From positions 10,850,001-10,914,000 of the forward strand of contig NC_079165.1 of assembly GCF_947568905.1 (NCBI RefSeq): a stretch of DNA of 64,000 nucleotides, read 5' to 3'. Numbering within the stretch: position 1 is the first letter of the stretch; every line of letters starts with the position of its first letter. Below, piece by piece: positions 49,301 through 61,351 of this stretch. This DNA is from Ostrea edulis (taxonomy: Eukaryota). Under the pieces are notes generated by a model. The model made no database searches. It was not told the origin of the DNA and saw only the letters and a program-made list of their open reading frames with translations. A program made the translations under genes and the position numbers.

Positions 49301-50657
49301 TGAATTTGGTGCTTACACCAATGTTTATTGTAATTGACCCATATCGGCTAATGAAGTCTTCCGAACAAATGGAGTTCTACATCATATGTATGCAAGGGCT
49401 TCTTTGCACCCATTTGCGTTTCCGTCAAATACCAGTGGAATTTTGATTTATAATGTTTAGAATGCTTAACTAAGGTATTACTAATGATCAGCAAAAATTT
49501 GAATGGCAGTAGTCAAGGTACATGGGAGATACAGAGGTCACAAGTCCTTGTTATGTAAACAAGGCTGTGCCATGTTTTTGTTTACATAGGTGAAATAACT
49601 AGTAAAAGTTTCGTTTAAAGCAGAGTTTTTCAATTTATAAGTGAATTCGTAACACAGTTAAATATTTTCTAGTGTTTGGCACATCTCATTTTGTTTTAAA
49701 CACGCTATTTTCTATCAAACAGTCTAATGCAAACAAAAACATGGCACAAGCCTTTTTACATAACAAAGAATTGCGAGTGCTGTATCTCACTTATAACTCA
49801 ACAACTGATGTTCAAATTTCGGTTGACCATTAGAAATACTTTAGTTAAGCATTGTAAACAAATAAAAATGGAAAAATAAGATTTGAAAATGTTCGGCCCA
49901 AATCGTGTCCATGTCCCTTTAAACCACACCTAGGGTACCATGGGCCCCTGTATTGGATGTATTCATAATACGCGGACAGTAATTATGATATCTTATTTCA
50001 TATATGATTGTTATTGCAGTAAAAACCGGGACCTAATCAATCAAGAAATTATTTGAGAAAAGAAAATATATATTTACATGTTTTGAAAAGTGTAATACTT
50101 GTAGATTAAAAGTAAAAACAGTTTTAATTTTTTTTAAAAGTATATTAGCTTATAAATGCAAAGACCGAATCACTATAAATCTGTTAGGCGTATGAACACT
50201 GTCGATCATGTAGTCTGCACCTCGGCCAACAGGAACCGGTCATTTTGTGATAATAATAGAAGGGGTATATACCATACCACTTATTAATAAAATTATTATT
50301 ACCCTTTATTAGGGGGTGGTATGGTACCTACTACTATTATTATTGCAGACAAAATTACCGGTTTTTGTTTTCGGCTGCACGTACAAAGCTTTGTTGTCCA
50401 TTCCCGTCTCAGACAACACAAGTGCACCTCATTCGATGCCTAGAGAAGTTCATCTTACCTCTAATGTGGTTAATATCACCAAACAAACATAAGAAATTAA
50501 TCCAAGTGCTGGGTTTTTCAACAGTACAGTAATTGTACTTTCAATTTCTCAAAGTGACTGCATGTTTAAACCCAGTTCAGATTGTACAACTTTGTTAATA
50601 AGTTGATGTTTATGATATTTAATTGAAAATCAATTCAAGAATTGATTGGACTATTAT

Positions 50658-51056
50658 ATGCGCATCTGGTGCATCAAAATTGGTACCGTATAAGTTTTAC
50701 ATTACGACCCCTGGGTAGAGACCTCTGCTGGTGGACTGTTAGTTCCCGAGAGTCTCTACAGCCAAGTAGCTAAGTACATCGTTACTAACTTGAAAATACG
50801 GATGTATATTTAATTGCTGGGATAAAAGTTAGAAATTCATTTCAAAATAAAGGATTATCTCCCTCATGCATAGCTCTTATCCTTGGACGAATTTGGCTCC
50901 AGTTTTTGGCACTCTAGATCTAGTTTTCCTATTAGCTCTTACACATTTATTGTTATTTCGAATTTCCAAAATTTCGGCTTGAGCATCACTGAAGAGACAT
51001 TATTTGTCGAAATGCGCATCTGGTGCATCAAAATTGGTATCGTATAAGGTTTTACA
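50658..51056 (+). mobile_element. Retrozyme-like element: 354-bp unit with about 45-bp terminal direct repeat and hammerhead-like core
   Basis: ATGCGCATCTGGTGCATCAAAATTGGTA.. at 50658 and 51012; CTGAAGA, GACA/TGTC stem II, GAAA, TGCGC/GTGCA stem III, TC. Confidence 0.7.
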
Positions 51057-52305
51057 TTTTTTAAGCATTGCGCACTCTTTTCTTTTACGTTATGACATCA
51101 CACTTTTGCTGTCCATGGCTGTTCCGTTAATCGCTACTTACCCAAAGAATTGGGCGGGAAATTGAAGATATAAATGAAAAATGCACACGTTAAAAAGGTT
51201 TCAAAAAAGTAAATATAAGCAATGAATTATTATTTTTGAAAGATGTACATGTAGTCTCATAACTGCACAACGATGTGTGCAAAAGATTTAATTGAGATGA
51301 TGAGACATATTTCATCAGACAAAGGAGAGTAGTTTTGGAATCCTTTGAGAAAATTGAATTTCATGAGAACAGATGCTATGAGACATACATGTGAGAATTT
51401 ATCAGATGATTTAGAATTGTTTGAGAACATTCTTGAGATTGTCGAGGAAATTGAAATGATATGATCAGACATATTTCTATCATTTTATCAGATGAATGAG
51501 AATTCTTTTCGAATCATTTGAAAAGATTCATGACATTATTGAGATATCCACTTAGAATATTGCTTTATAACTTTTTCCTTTGGGGTGATACAATTATTTC
51601 ATTTATTGGTTTTTGACGTTCCTTTAAGCAGATATTTGCTCAAAATGGTATTGTGTGACAACTTTGGAGAAAGACCAAGCATTACTCTTCCTAAATTTTA
51701 TTTAATAAAATGGCGTGTTTTTCATATATCAAAACGAGTTTGTAATTTATCTAAATAAAATGTTTTAAACATATTACGTATATCACTGCAAAATTCGGCC
51801 ATTTCATTAACTTAACAGTCCCAGTATAAGTCATTACAATAAAAATCAAATTAGATCGAACAACGACATGAATTGTTCATTTGCAAGATATAAAATACAA
51901 TTCTTCCATTTAAAAAAAACAACTCATCTCATTTCATAAGGCAACCCCATCGTGATTACTAGTATAACATGCATCTATAATTGCTTAGAAAGGTGTTCCT
52001 ATGTTTTACTCTTTCCATTACTTGGCAATTGCAGCAATTTATTGAAAATTATGTTTTAAAAAAAGCTAGTAGTGCTATTATAACTTGTATATCTATACAT
52101 CATCATTCCAAACCACGCCTAGCGCTTCTAAGTACTTTCAGGACTTTGATTTTTATTAGTAATGACAGTCCATGTGGTGATGATATCGTCAGTTGTAGGT
52201 CTGTTTAAATTGTTTTTCTTTGGTTTTATCACGAACTGGGGGAAGAAACCTCTTTTACATGGGTGTGATAATGTAATTTATATACATTTGTATACTCACT
52301 CTGGC

Positions 52306-52600
52306 CAACCGCCGCGGTGGTCTAGAGGTAGAGCGTTCGCCCCGCATGCTGAAGGTTGGGGTTCGAATCCCGGCCGCGACAGACCAAAGTTTTTAAAACA
52401 GGTAGTGACAGTTCCATCGCAAACGCTCGGCGTGAATGTCACGGGTCCTCGGAGATGACCTTAAAAACGGATGACCCGTGACACAGTAGGTGTGGCACGC
52501 TAAAGAATCCGCACTGCTCAATGGCCGTAAGCGCCGAGCACAGGTCTAAATTTGAAGGCCTTCATCGGCCTTGATGACGTCTCCATATGAGTGAAAGATC
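52306..52600 (+). mobile_element. Full-length tRNA-derived SINE
   Basis: A box TGGTCTAGAGG and B box GTTCGAATCC, no CCA or acceptor-stem end, then the conserved body seen in many copies in this window. Confidence 0.85.
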
Positions 52601-53835
52601 CTACTACCAATTTTGTATTCTTTATAGGAGTTATGAAATTGATATCTGTTCGTTATCTTCACTTTTCATTCTAGTAATAGAAAACCGATAGATAGCTAAA
52701 AATATAAGAGGAGCGTGCTGTCTTTGGGGAATTCTGAGGCGCTTTTTCCGGGGGGTATGGACCCTGGTTGGTTCTTTTTAGGGGGATATTCTATGCTGGA
52801 TTCATTTTTCCGGGAAGAGAGTTTAATCCCGTCCCGTTTTTACGGGGAAGGGGGGGGGGGTTTATACGACAAAACCGGCTCCCAAAATCGTGTTTGTAAG
52901 CACGGTCTTTGTCTATATCTAGAGTCAGATGGCTGGAAACAAACGCTTGCCATCAGCCAAGAAACCACGTGAGGAGATGAGAATACATGTACTTGTAGCG
53001 AGATTCCTAAAAAGATGTCAAAAACATCAACATTTTGACATAGCTTAATGATGAATCAGATTAGGGTGCTTGCACAAATGAAAGTTTCTAAAGAGTTTTT
53101 TTTAACTTTGGCACCATGTTGATAGTTGGGTAACGCAATCTGTTTAGCAAAAACAGGGCTCGTGCTATTTTTTTGTCGTTGTAGAAGTAGATGTTTGTGT
53201 CAATTTTTAAAATTGGGGTTTGTTGTTTTAAATATGGTTTACACTACTGAGTACTCTCATGTTAATAGATTAAATATCTAAATATTCTTTTGGACAACAT
53301 TTTGGTTAAGTCATCTTTTGTAAGTAATTCTGTGCACAATATTGGATACAAAATTTAAAAAACTAAATATGTCCTATACTGTATTCATTAATGCGATGGC
53401 AAATTGTTTCTGTCTTCCAGTTAACAGAATTTAGGAAATTATCGTCGGCTGATACCGAGATATCACGTGACATCCGTGAAAGACTGTCATCACGTGTATT
53501 CTCGTGTAAAAAATAAGAACAGGGCTGGATAGAGAGAGATGCTTTTAATAGCAAGTGCAACACAATACAATAAAAAACAGAAACTTCGGGCGACCAATTC
53601 AAGTTTGCGTGATGAACAATCTGTGAAGTAAAATGGTAATTAGTATCTCATTTTGGCTGAATATACGCTGTGTAGTCTGTGCCGGTTCTTCATCTCTATT
53701 TAAAATTTATTTATATATTCATGAGAAATACACACTTTTCATCTACGGTAAGTAGGGTAGGCACTGTTCTATCATTATAAGAATACACCTTTGAAATGGC
53801 GACTTACAGCGATAAAAGACAGAAACCCTTCTGGT

Positions 53836-54492
53836 TTATCCAGTGGTGGTGGTGCTGGTGTTGTTCCGTTGGTAAAGCCAGTATAATAGAAGACCTCCCA
53901 CTGAAAAACAACACCAATAAGTTTTAAATCAATCCGACAATTTCAGACAGCTGACATTCAATACCGCCAAACGGTCGCATGTATACTTACACAACGCGGC
54001 AATCCACCCGTTCTGGTTTTGCTGCGTTTGCTGACGAATTCCAGTTCCCAAGTTTAGGGGGACGGGGTTCGGTAAGGATGGCAGGGGAGTCGGAACGCCT
54101 GCCCCTCCACCACCACCACCTACAGGGACAGGGTAAGGAACAGGGTTGGAGTAGTAATAAGGTATGTATAAGGCACCCCCTCCTCTGCGTCCTTTACCGT
54201 ATCCACTTCCGCCATTTCCTCCACCACCACCGCCATATCCACTATAACCTCCGTATCCCCCGCCGGAATATCCACCCATGGCGGAATACACGCCTCCACT
54301 CATGTATCCCCCTCCTCCTCCTCCCCCTCCTCCAAAGCCGCCGTAACCCCCACCGCCGTAACCCCCGCCGCCGTAACCCCCGCCGCCGCCGTAACCCCCG
54401 CCGCCATAACCTCCGCCATATCCACCACCGTAGCTGTCAGCAGTCACACAGGAAAATACTGTCAAGGCAGCGATCGCTATTAGGATCCGCAT
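53836..54492 (-). CDS. Secreted Gly-rich (GGY) protein with C-terminal TM-like helix, 188 aa
   Basis: Exon 54492-53991 (MRILIAIAALTVFSCVTA, GGGY repeats, GYGKGRR, YPVPV, QN-rich linker) spliced in phase 1 to exon 53900-53836 (LGGLLLYWLYQRNNTSTTTTG*). An acceptor AG lies directly before the ATG. Confidence 0.88.
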
Positions 54493-56625
54493 CTATGTAT
54501 AAGAAAGGAGGAGATAAATCATCTTTGACGTACCATTTGTAGATGTCGCTGACCATGGAATACCTCTGCAGTGTTTTAACACATTCGGAGCACGTTTATG
54601 TACCTATAGATTTAATTATTTTCCCCCAGAAAAATGCATCCTTGATAGAATTAACAGAATTAGAATTTGCGAAAAAATATCTCGGTTACCAAAATGTACA
54701 ACTTTATCATATCTTATGTCAAATGTAGTAGCGCATATAATATTATATATATAAAGATTCTTTGATTGAAAGAAAAAGAAAGTATTCGAAACTGAAAATC
54801 CTAAGAAAAGAAATGATAATTATATCTAAACATCATCAAGATATCGCATTTGAAAAATTGTGAAAAGTTAAACATGGACGTAGAATCCTCCTACAATTAC
54901 TAAATACATCTGTAGAAAATGAAAATAGCAGTAGATAAACAGTGACGAACAATATATAATTACAATTCAAGAGCAGCGTCACTTGAAAATAAATGATTGG
55001 ATGAATATACCAGAGCTACACTGATTTTATCGTTAGGTCGTAAAATCCCAATATGAAATGCTGTAGAGTACCTTGTTGGGATGATCCACGGGCGCCACCA
55101 AATGGATAGCACACTTACCCGGTCAAAATCTTAAATACCAGGACCTGACTTAACGTTACACAAGACAACTCCCTTTCCGTAGAAGTCAAACTCATGGGTG
55201 ACTATGATAGATATACCGAACATATATCCGTTTTCGGATCGTGATTTGGGTTGACTTTTGTAAACGCAAGAAGATGGATCGGCTCGGTGACACAACTGAG
55301 CAAGTAGACCATCGCGCATTGATACAAGCCGTATTTTCGCAGTTATATGAATGGGTATAGATGCTGTACACATAAGTTTGTTTTATCTTATCGCGCCTTT
55401 ATGTAAAGCAATGTCCTCACATCACTACTCTGTCGTAGGAAACAGGCGTCTTATTTCCCATTACATCTACACTATTCTTCCGTATCTAAATACTTTATTT
55501 CATTTTTATTTTCTGTGAAGCCTTAAATACAGTGTTGAATGTTTGTTGTAAAAACAACTGTTATTCTTCTAGATTGCAATGCTATAGAAATACTTAGAGT
55601 ATACATGTAGCAGGTGGGGGGGGGGGGGGGGGGGGGGTGAGGGCTGGCCCACTACTTTTGGCAATGTTCATTTTCCGTTACTTTTACATGAAAAGTGAGT
55701 TATTTTCAAATGCAAAGTCAGATATGTCGGTTGATTCCCATCTTCACGGTTTATTGTAGTGAATATGATAGGTGAAACGTAAAAACAAAGTAAGAATCAA
55801 ATTCATGCAGGGAAGGACCACCAATGCTCGCCTCAACCCCCCCCCCCCCCCCACCTACCCACACACGCACGCAAGCACACACAATCACACACGATTAAGG
55901 ATGTTGGAGTTTGGGGAAAAGTACCCATTTGTAGGGGTTTTTTTCATCAAGAATTTTAAACATATGTGAAGTAAACTCCGACTGCCCCCTCCTCTTTGAA
56001 AAACGATGCTACGTGCTTAGTAATGTTTCCCCATCTTTAGTGTTTACCGTTTTTTCTAATTCATCATTTACGACTAGATACTGGTATGAGATTGTATTCT
56101 TCAAACAAAATGATATGACGCTGTGAAATTTACATCAGAAATAAAAGTAACAAATGTGAATGTAGTCTTTCGTGTTTCTCTTTTCTCGTTACACGTGGAG
56201 GACTGTAATATATAATAACAGATCGGTAAACCGTCCACCGTTTTCGGTCTATCTCTTCACTTTGCGAGGATGAAACGGGAATCGCGGAGATTACGTCGGC
56301 AATCCATCAGCGCTGTGACGTAACTGCTCATTCACTGTAACGCATAGCAGGAAAAACTACGGCAAACCAATCAAAGCCCATCGCTATCTATTAAAACATG
56401 CTTAAGGTACACAGGGGGGTGGATTAAAAACCGCAAAAGGAACGACAAATGGAATAAAAGATAATGTCTTACATTGCATATTTCTTTTAAATGATCAAAT
56501 ATGCCCATTAAATATATTTCATAGGAATTTCGATTAAACTATCAACGGTGGGGAAAACAAACTTCACTCCTTTTTGTACCGATATCCTGTCGGGATCCCC
56601 ATCGGACACAGTGGTGGTTGGTCAG

Positions 56626-56633
56626 TATAAAAT
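56626..56633 (+). promoter_or_regulatory. Candidate TATA box upstream of a putative 5'UTR exon of the plus-strand Gly-rich gene
   Basis: TATAAAAT, followed by a GTGAGT donor near 56704 and a TTTTCAG acceptor ending at 57187. Confidence 0.4.
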
Positions 56634-57195
56634 AAATTGCCACTTTTAAGGTTCGGGGTCCACTCTGGATACGGTAGCCGAGAACACACTAGTCCCCGAA
56701 GTAGTGAGTGAAATTTTGTTGTGAATTTCTCTGACTTTATCAGATTGGTTTACTATCGTTTCAACAACAGCAAGCCCCTTCGCTTGATCGAGCGTGCAAA
56801 TATTTGGGCGAGGATTCTCATATATTTCAATGAAACGGGTTTTACTTTTGTTCTCAGTGACCAATCACATTGCAAAAAATGATAAAACGTGGTCCAAACT
56901 CATTTTTATTGAATCAGTGTGAAATTTGTTCGCTCGATCGAAATGTCATGCTGTTATAAGAACGATAGTAACTGTATTTCTCTCTTATTCTAAATTGACA
57001 TATATCTTTTTAAACAACACACTTTCGAACTATATTAGAACTTTATTTAATTTAACGGCAAAATGAATTTCAGTAAGCATCATATTTTGAAATCAAAATT
57101 TATTCATTATAAATTTTTCGCAATTTGAATAATCATATATGCAATAGAATGTACATTTGGCTATCGAGAAAAAGTCCTTCTTTTCAGGAGACAAA

Positions 57196-58081
57196 ATGAA
57201 GGCCATCTTGACGACTCTGTTGGTTTCGGTGTGTGTTGGGGCTAGTTTGGCCGGTGGATACGGCGGCGGCGGCGGCGGTGGATATTACGGATATGGAGGT
57301 GGATACGGCGGTTATGGTGGATACGGAGGAGGATATGGCGGAGGGTACAGCGGATACGGCGGTGGCGGCGGCGGTGGTGGTGGAAAGGGCTACGGAAAAG
57401 GTATTGTCATTTCTCTTCAAATAGGGTCTATACTTCTACGTAACTAATGCCAGTATTGCTTAGGAATGATCGCTTGCTCCGATTAAAAACAAACATTCAT
57501 ATTTGGTACAATTTTCTGATATTTTATCAGGCAAAGGGGGAGGATATTCTACCATTATCTATTACCCGGTGGCCCAGGATTATTATGTTCCTGTGCCCAT
57601 GGGCGGAGGCGGATTTGGATATGGAGGCGGCTACGGAGGCGGACTCGGCGGATTTGGAGGCGGCTACGGAGGCGGAATTGGAGGCGGCTACGGAGGCGGA
57701 CTCGGCGGATTTGGAGGTGGACTCGGAGGTCTAGGTGGAGGACTGCCTAACGGTGGACTAGGACTGGCCTTGGGATCCGTTAATAACCAAAATAATATGG
57801 GATTATTTGGTGGTATGGGTGGCCAAAGCGCTTTAGGAGGAGGTAAGTAGAATCTAATAGCAATTAATGCAGATATTGGCACTGGAGAAGTGGCAGTGTG
57901 GGCGGGGTCTCCTAATGATGTATTTGTAAATCATTGTGTTCAGAACTCCTTAATCTGATTCTTGCCGTTTTAATCTACAGCTCTTGGTCTGGCTCTCACT
58001 GCGTCTAACCCTCTACTCGGAGGACTAGTCACAGCTGGTTCAGGATTCCCCGGCCTCGGACTTTTGGGAGCCATCGGCTGA
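57196..58081 (+). CDS. Secreted Gly-rich (GGY/GGL/GGF) protein with hydrophobic Gly/Leu tail, 205 aa, 3 coding exons
   Basis: Exons 57196-57400 (MKAILTTLLVSVCVGASLA, GGY), 57531-57842 (GKGGGYSTIIYYPVAQDYYVPVPMGG.., NNQNN) and 57981-58081 (ALGLALTASNPLLGGLVTAGSGFPGLGLLGAIG*). All introns are phase 1 GT-AG; 618 nt in total. Confidence 0.9.
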
Positions 58082-60061
58082 TTGTCCATACAATGCTGGT
58101 ATTGGTAACCAGACATTTTTTTCAGGGGCAAGTTAATGTACAAAATTTAACAAATTTTCCCTTTGATTTTGACTGAAAATAAACTGTTTCACGTCCGGTT
58201 TATGTTTAGAAGATATGACAATCATACAATGAACTGATATTTTTTTCTAATTCTATATCAATTAAATTACAGATTATCTGCATCTCGCATCGCATTCAAG
58301 AGTTTTGTCACCGCCCACATTTGTTCATAATTGTATATACAATATTATTGATGCAATAAATGGCTGTATCCTTTTTGATTGTTAAAGTCTGATTCTTTAA
58401 GCCAATGTTATCTTAATAAGGGAAAATAATTTGACGTCTTCAAGTATAATGACTGTATTGACCATAATCTTTATTTCGCTTCTTTTTAAGTCTTTCCACC
58501 AAAACAAGATTTGATGTTACAAGGCGCGGTTCTAGCGTTTTTTGGTATTAGGGGTAACTGAGGTACAAACTGTAAAATGACACAATATGACGTTTTATTG
58601 GTAATGTTCAACCACAGGAAGTACAACCCCCTTAAACCCTCCACCTTTTAAATCCACCACTGTCCTATTAAGTTTATTTTAACTTCGGACCTTGATAAGT
58701 GTTTTCTAACGAAGCAATTGTGAATAATTTACATGATATAGGGGATATTTTTTTTAATTCTCATTTTGCAGGTGTATCATATCTAGAAAGCTTTTGCGAG
58801 ATTTGTCGAGACATCAATATGACCGAAATATTCCAAATTAAAGCAGTTTGCAAAGTCAAAGCTTTATGGTGAAACATTTTTTGGTATTCATCCAATCAAT
58901 GAAAATGTTGAATTTTTAGGACATTAATAAATCATCTGGCGTTGACTTTAATTGTTCCATGTCGTCTAGATAGATATGTGCACCGGTAACTCACCTTATT
59001 ATCGCAATTCACCTTTGAATTAGAACGCTTTACCCGATATAGTATTGCGTTGAGTGACGACACAATTGAATGAGGCGATTGAACAGTTTGAATGACATGT
59101 TTGATGTAATACAACAAGAGTTTTCTTTGGCCGATCACAGCCCGCCCACTTTCTCGTGCGGATTCAGGTGATCAAATAAGTTGAACGAACTAGAAAATTA
59201 CTTGCTGGAGAACTGTAGCTCTCTGAAAAAATATTGTGACAGCGAGCAACAGATCCACCTTTTATAAAAACCTTCGATTTATGGGGCACTATATCGGTGT
59301 ATTCTTGTGTTGCTGTCTCATAAATTCACTATAAAAACATTCTTAACAACTTGTGCCCAAACATACCTTCAAATATTCATTAAATCCACACACGACCCGA
59401 AAACTCGCAGCTTGCCACAGCAGGAGTTCCTCAGGGTTCTATTTTGAGTACGTTTGTATTTTTATTTCATATAAATGACTTTCCGTTGCTTGTAAATAAT
59501 TCATTACCATATTTACTCAATATGCAAAACCTTAAACTACAAATTATTTACACTAAGCAAGATAAAATCGTTTCTCCCCCTGAAAGCTTTATTACAATGC
59601 ATACATTCTGCCGTCTGTTAACTACTGCCTGACTGTTTGGGGTACGTGTAATACATCCAAAGTTGGTTTGGAAAGAATATTTTAAAAATTACAAAAAAGA
59701 GACGCAACGACAAATCTGGATGAAACCCAGATTCATCATCTAAAATTTTGCTTGAGAAACTTGGTTGGTTCATAATCTATGAGCTAGTCGATTTACACAA
59801 ATATGCTTTATTATTTGAATTTCCCGCGCTTTGGCTCCTCATTATCTTGGCGAGTTATTTGAATTTCAACCCTCTGCGTTCTGAATCAGATCATGATCCT
59901 CGATTACCAAAGTTACGCACACAATTATTCAAAACCTCTCTGCAATACTCAGGTGTGTGACTATGAAACAAAGTACACCATTACATAAGGCTTTCTCAGT
60001 CTCAACATACCAGGCACTTATAAAAATAATGTAGAAAAATGCATTATCAGCTGCCGTACCA

Positions 60062-60625
60062 CTATCTAAGCATGCTTGTGTTTTCTCGTTGATAATTTCT
60101 ATACATTTATGTCTATTAATCGCATTATCTAAGCATGCTTGTGTTTTCTCGTTGATAATTTCTATACATTTATGTCTATTAATCGCATTATCTAAGCATG
60201 CTTGTGTTTTCTCGTTGATAATTTCTATACATTTATGTCTATTAATCGCATTATCTAAGCATGCTTGTGTTTTCTCGTTGATAATTTCTATACATTTATG
60301 TCTATTAATCGCATTATCTAAGCATGCTTGTGTTTTCTCGTTGATAATTTCTATACATTTATGTCTATTAATCGCACTATCTAAGCATGCTTGTGTTTTC
60401 TCGTTGATAATTTCTATACATTTATGTCTATTAATCGCATTATCTAAGCATGCTTGTGTTTTCTCGTTGATAATTTCTATACATTTATGTCTATTAATCG
60501 CATTATCTAAGCATGCTTGTGTTTTCTCGTTGATAATTTCTATACATTTATGTCTATTAATCACATTATCTAAGCATGCTTGTGTTTTCTCGTTGATAAT
60601 TTCTATACATTTATGTCTTTAATCG
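60062..60625. repeat. 63-bp minisatellite, about 9 near-identical copies
   Basis: Period 63 (60066/60129); unit ..TATCTAAGCATGCTTGTGTTTTCTCGTTGATAATTTCTATACATTTATGTCTATTAATCGCA.. Confidence 0.95.
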
Positions 60626-61351
60626 CATTTTGGAATATTGGATTTTGTGATTCTTTATCATTGATATATAATTTTGATATATAAATTTGATATAAGTGAT
60701 ATAAACAAAAGTTTACTACGTGCTCTTGTGTTCAGGCTATCGAGACTCTGTTTTAAGTGATTATTCTTGTTTATAATTATATATATCAAGTGGAAGGCCC
60801 TGGGGAAGAATAGTGCGTGTACTATTCAGGTCACCTTCTTGAAATAAAGTATTATTATTATTATATTTTATTACTTATATTTTTCAATATTTATTACATC
60901 TCAGATAACATTGTATACATATGGAATGAGCAAATAAATTGAAAGGGAAGTTGAGCATACCAAATTAAAGTCATTTTCAAGAAACTAAATGCAATACAAT
61001 CGCTTGAGGCAATTGATTTAATTGTGAATTTCAAATAGAGAGAAAGTACAAGAAATTACCCAAACAGTGACGTATAACACAGTTACTTAATTTGTAAATT
61101 AAACTCCATAGCGGCGTATGAATGTTAGGAGTGTTACCTTTGGCTCAAGTGAGCTATAACGAACACATACGCGAATATTTTACGTGTGCTGTTCTCCTTA
61201 GTTTTCAATATTGCGTCATTGGAAAGTTTGTGATAAATCTGCGTTTTAAATCGTACGTATTTTAAATACATTGTATACGAAAGTATTGGAGACAATATGA
61301 TTTCCAGTACATACCAACTGATGAGTGGAACGCCTTAGTTTCCTTCATTAT

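Noticed and set aside
52306-52380. tRNA-like sequences (also near 5425-5490, 2760-2860 and 38750-38810)
   Set aside because: A/B boxes run into SINE or transposon bodies with no proper acceptor stem; these are repeat heads, not tRNA genes.
59929-60622. 21-aa repeat ORFs (AINRHKCIEIINEKTQACLDN) and a CRISPR-like look
   Set aside because: Head-to-tail 63-bp repeat with no unique spacers and no cas genes, in a eukaryotic context.
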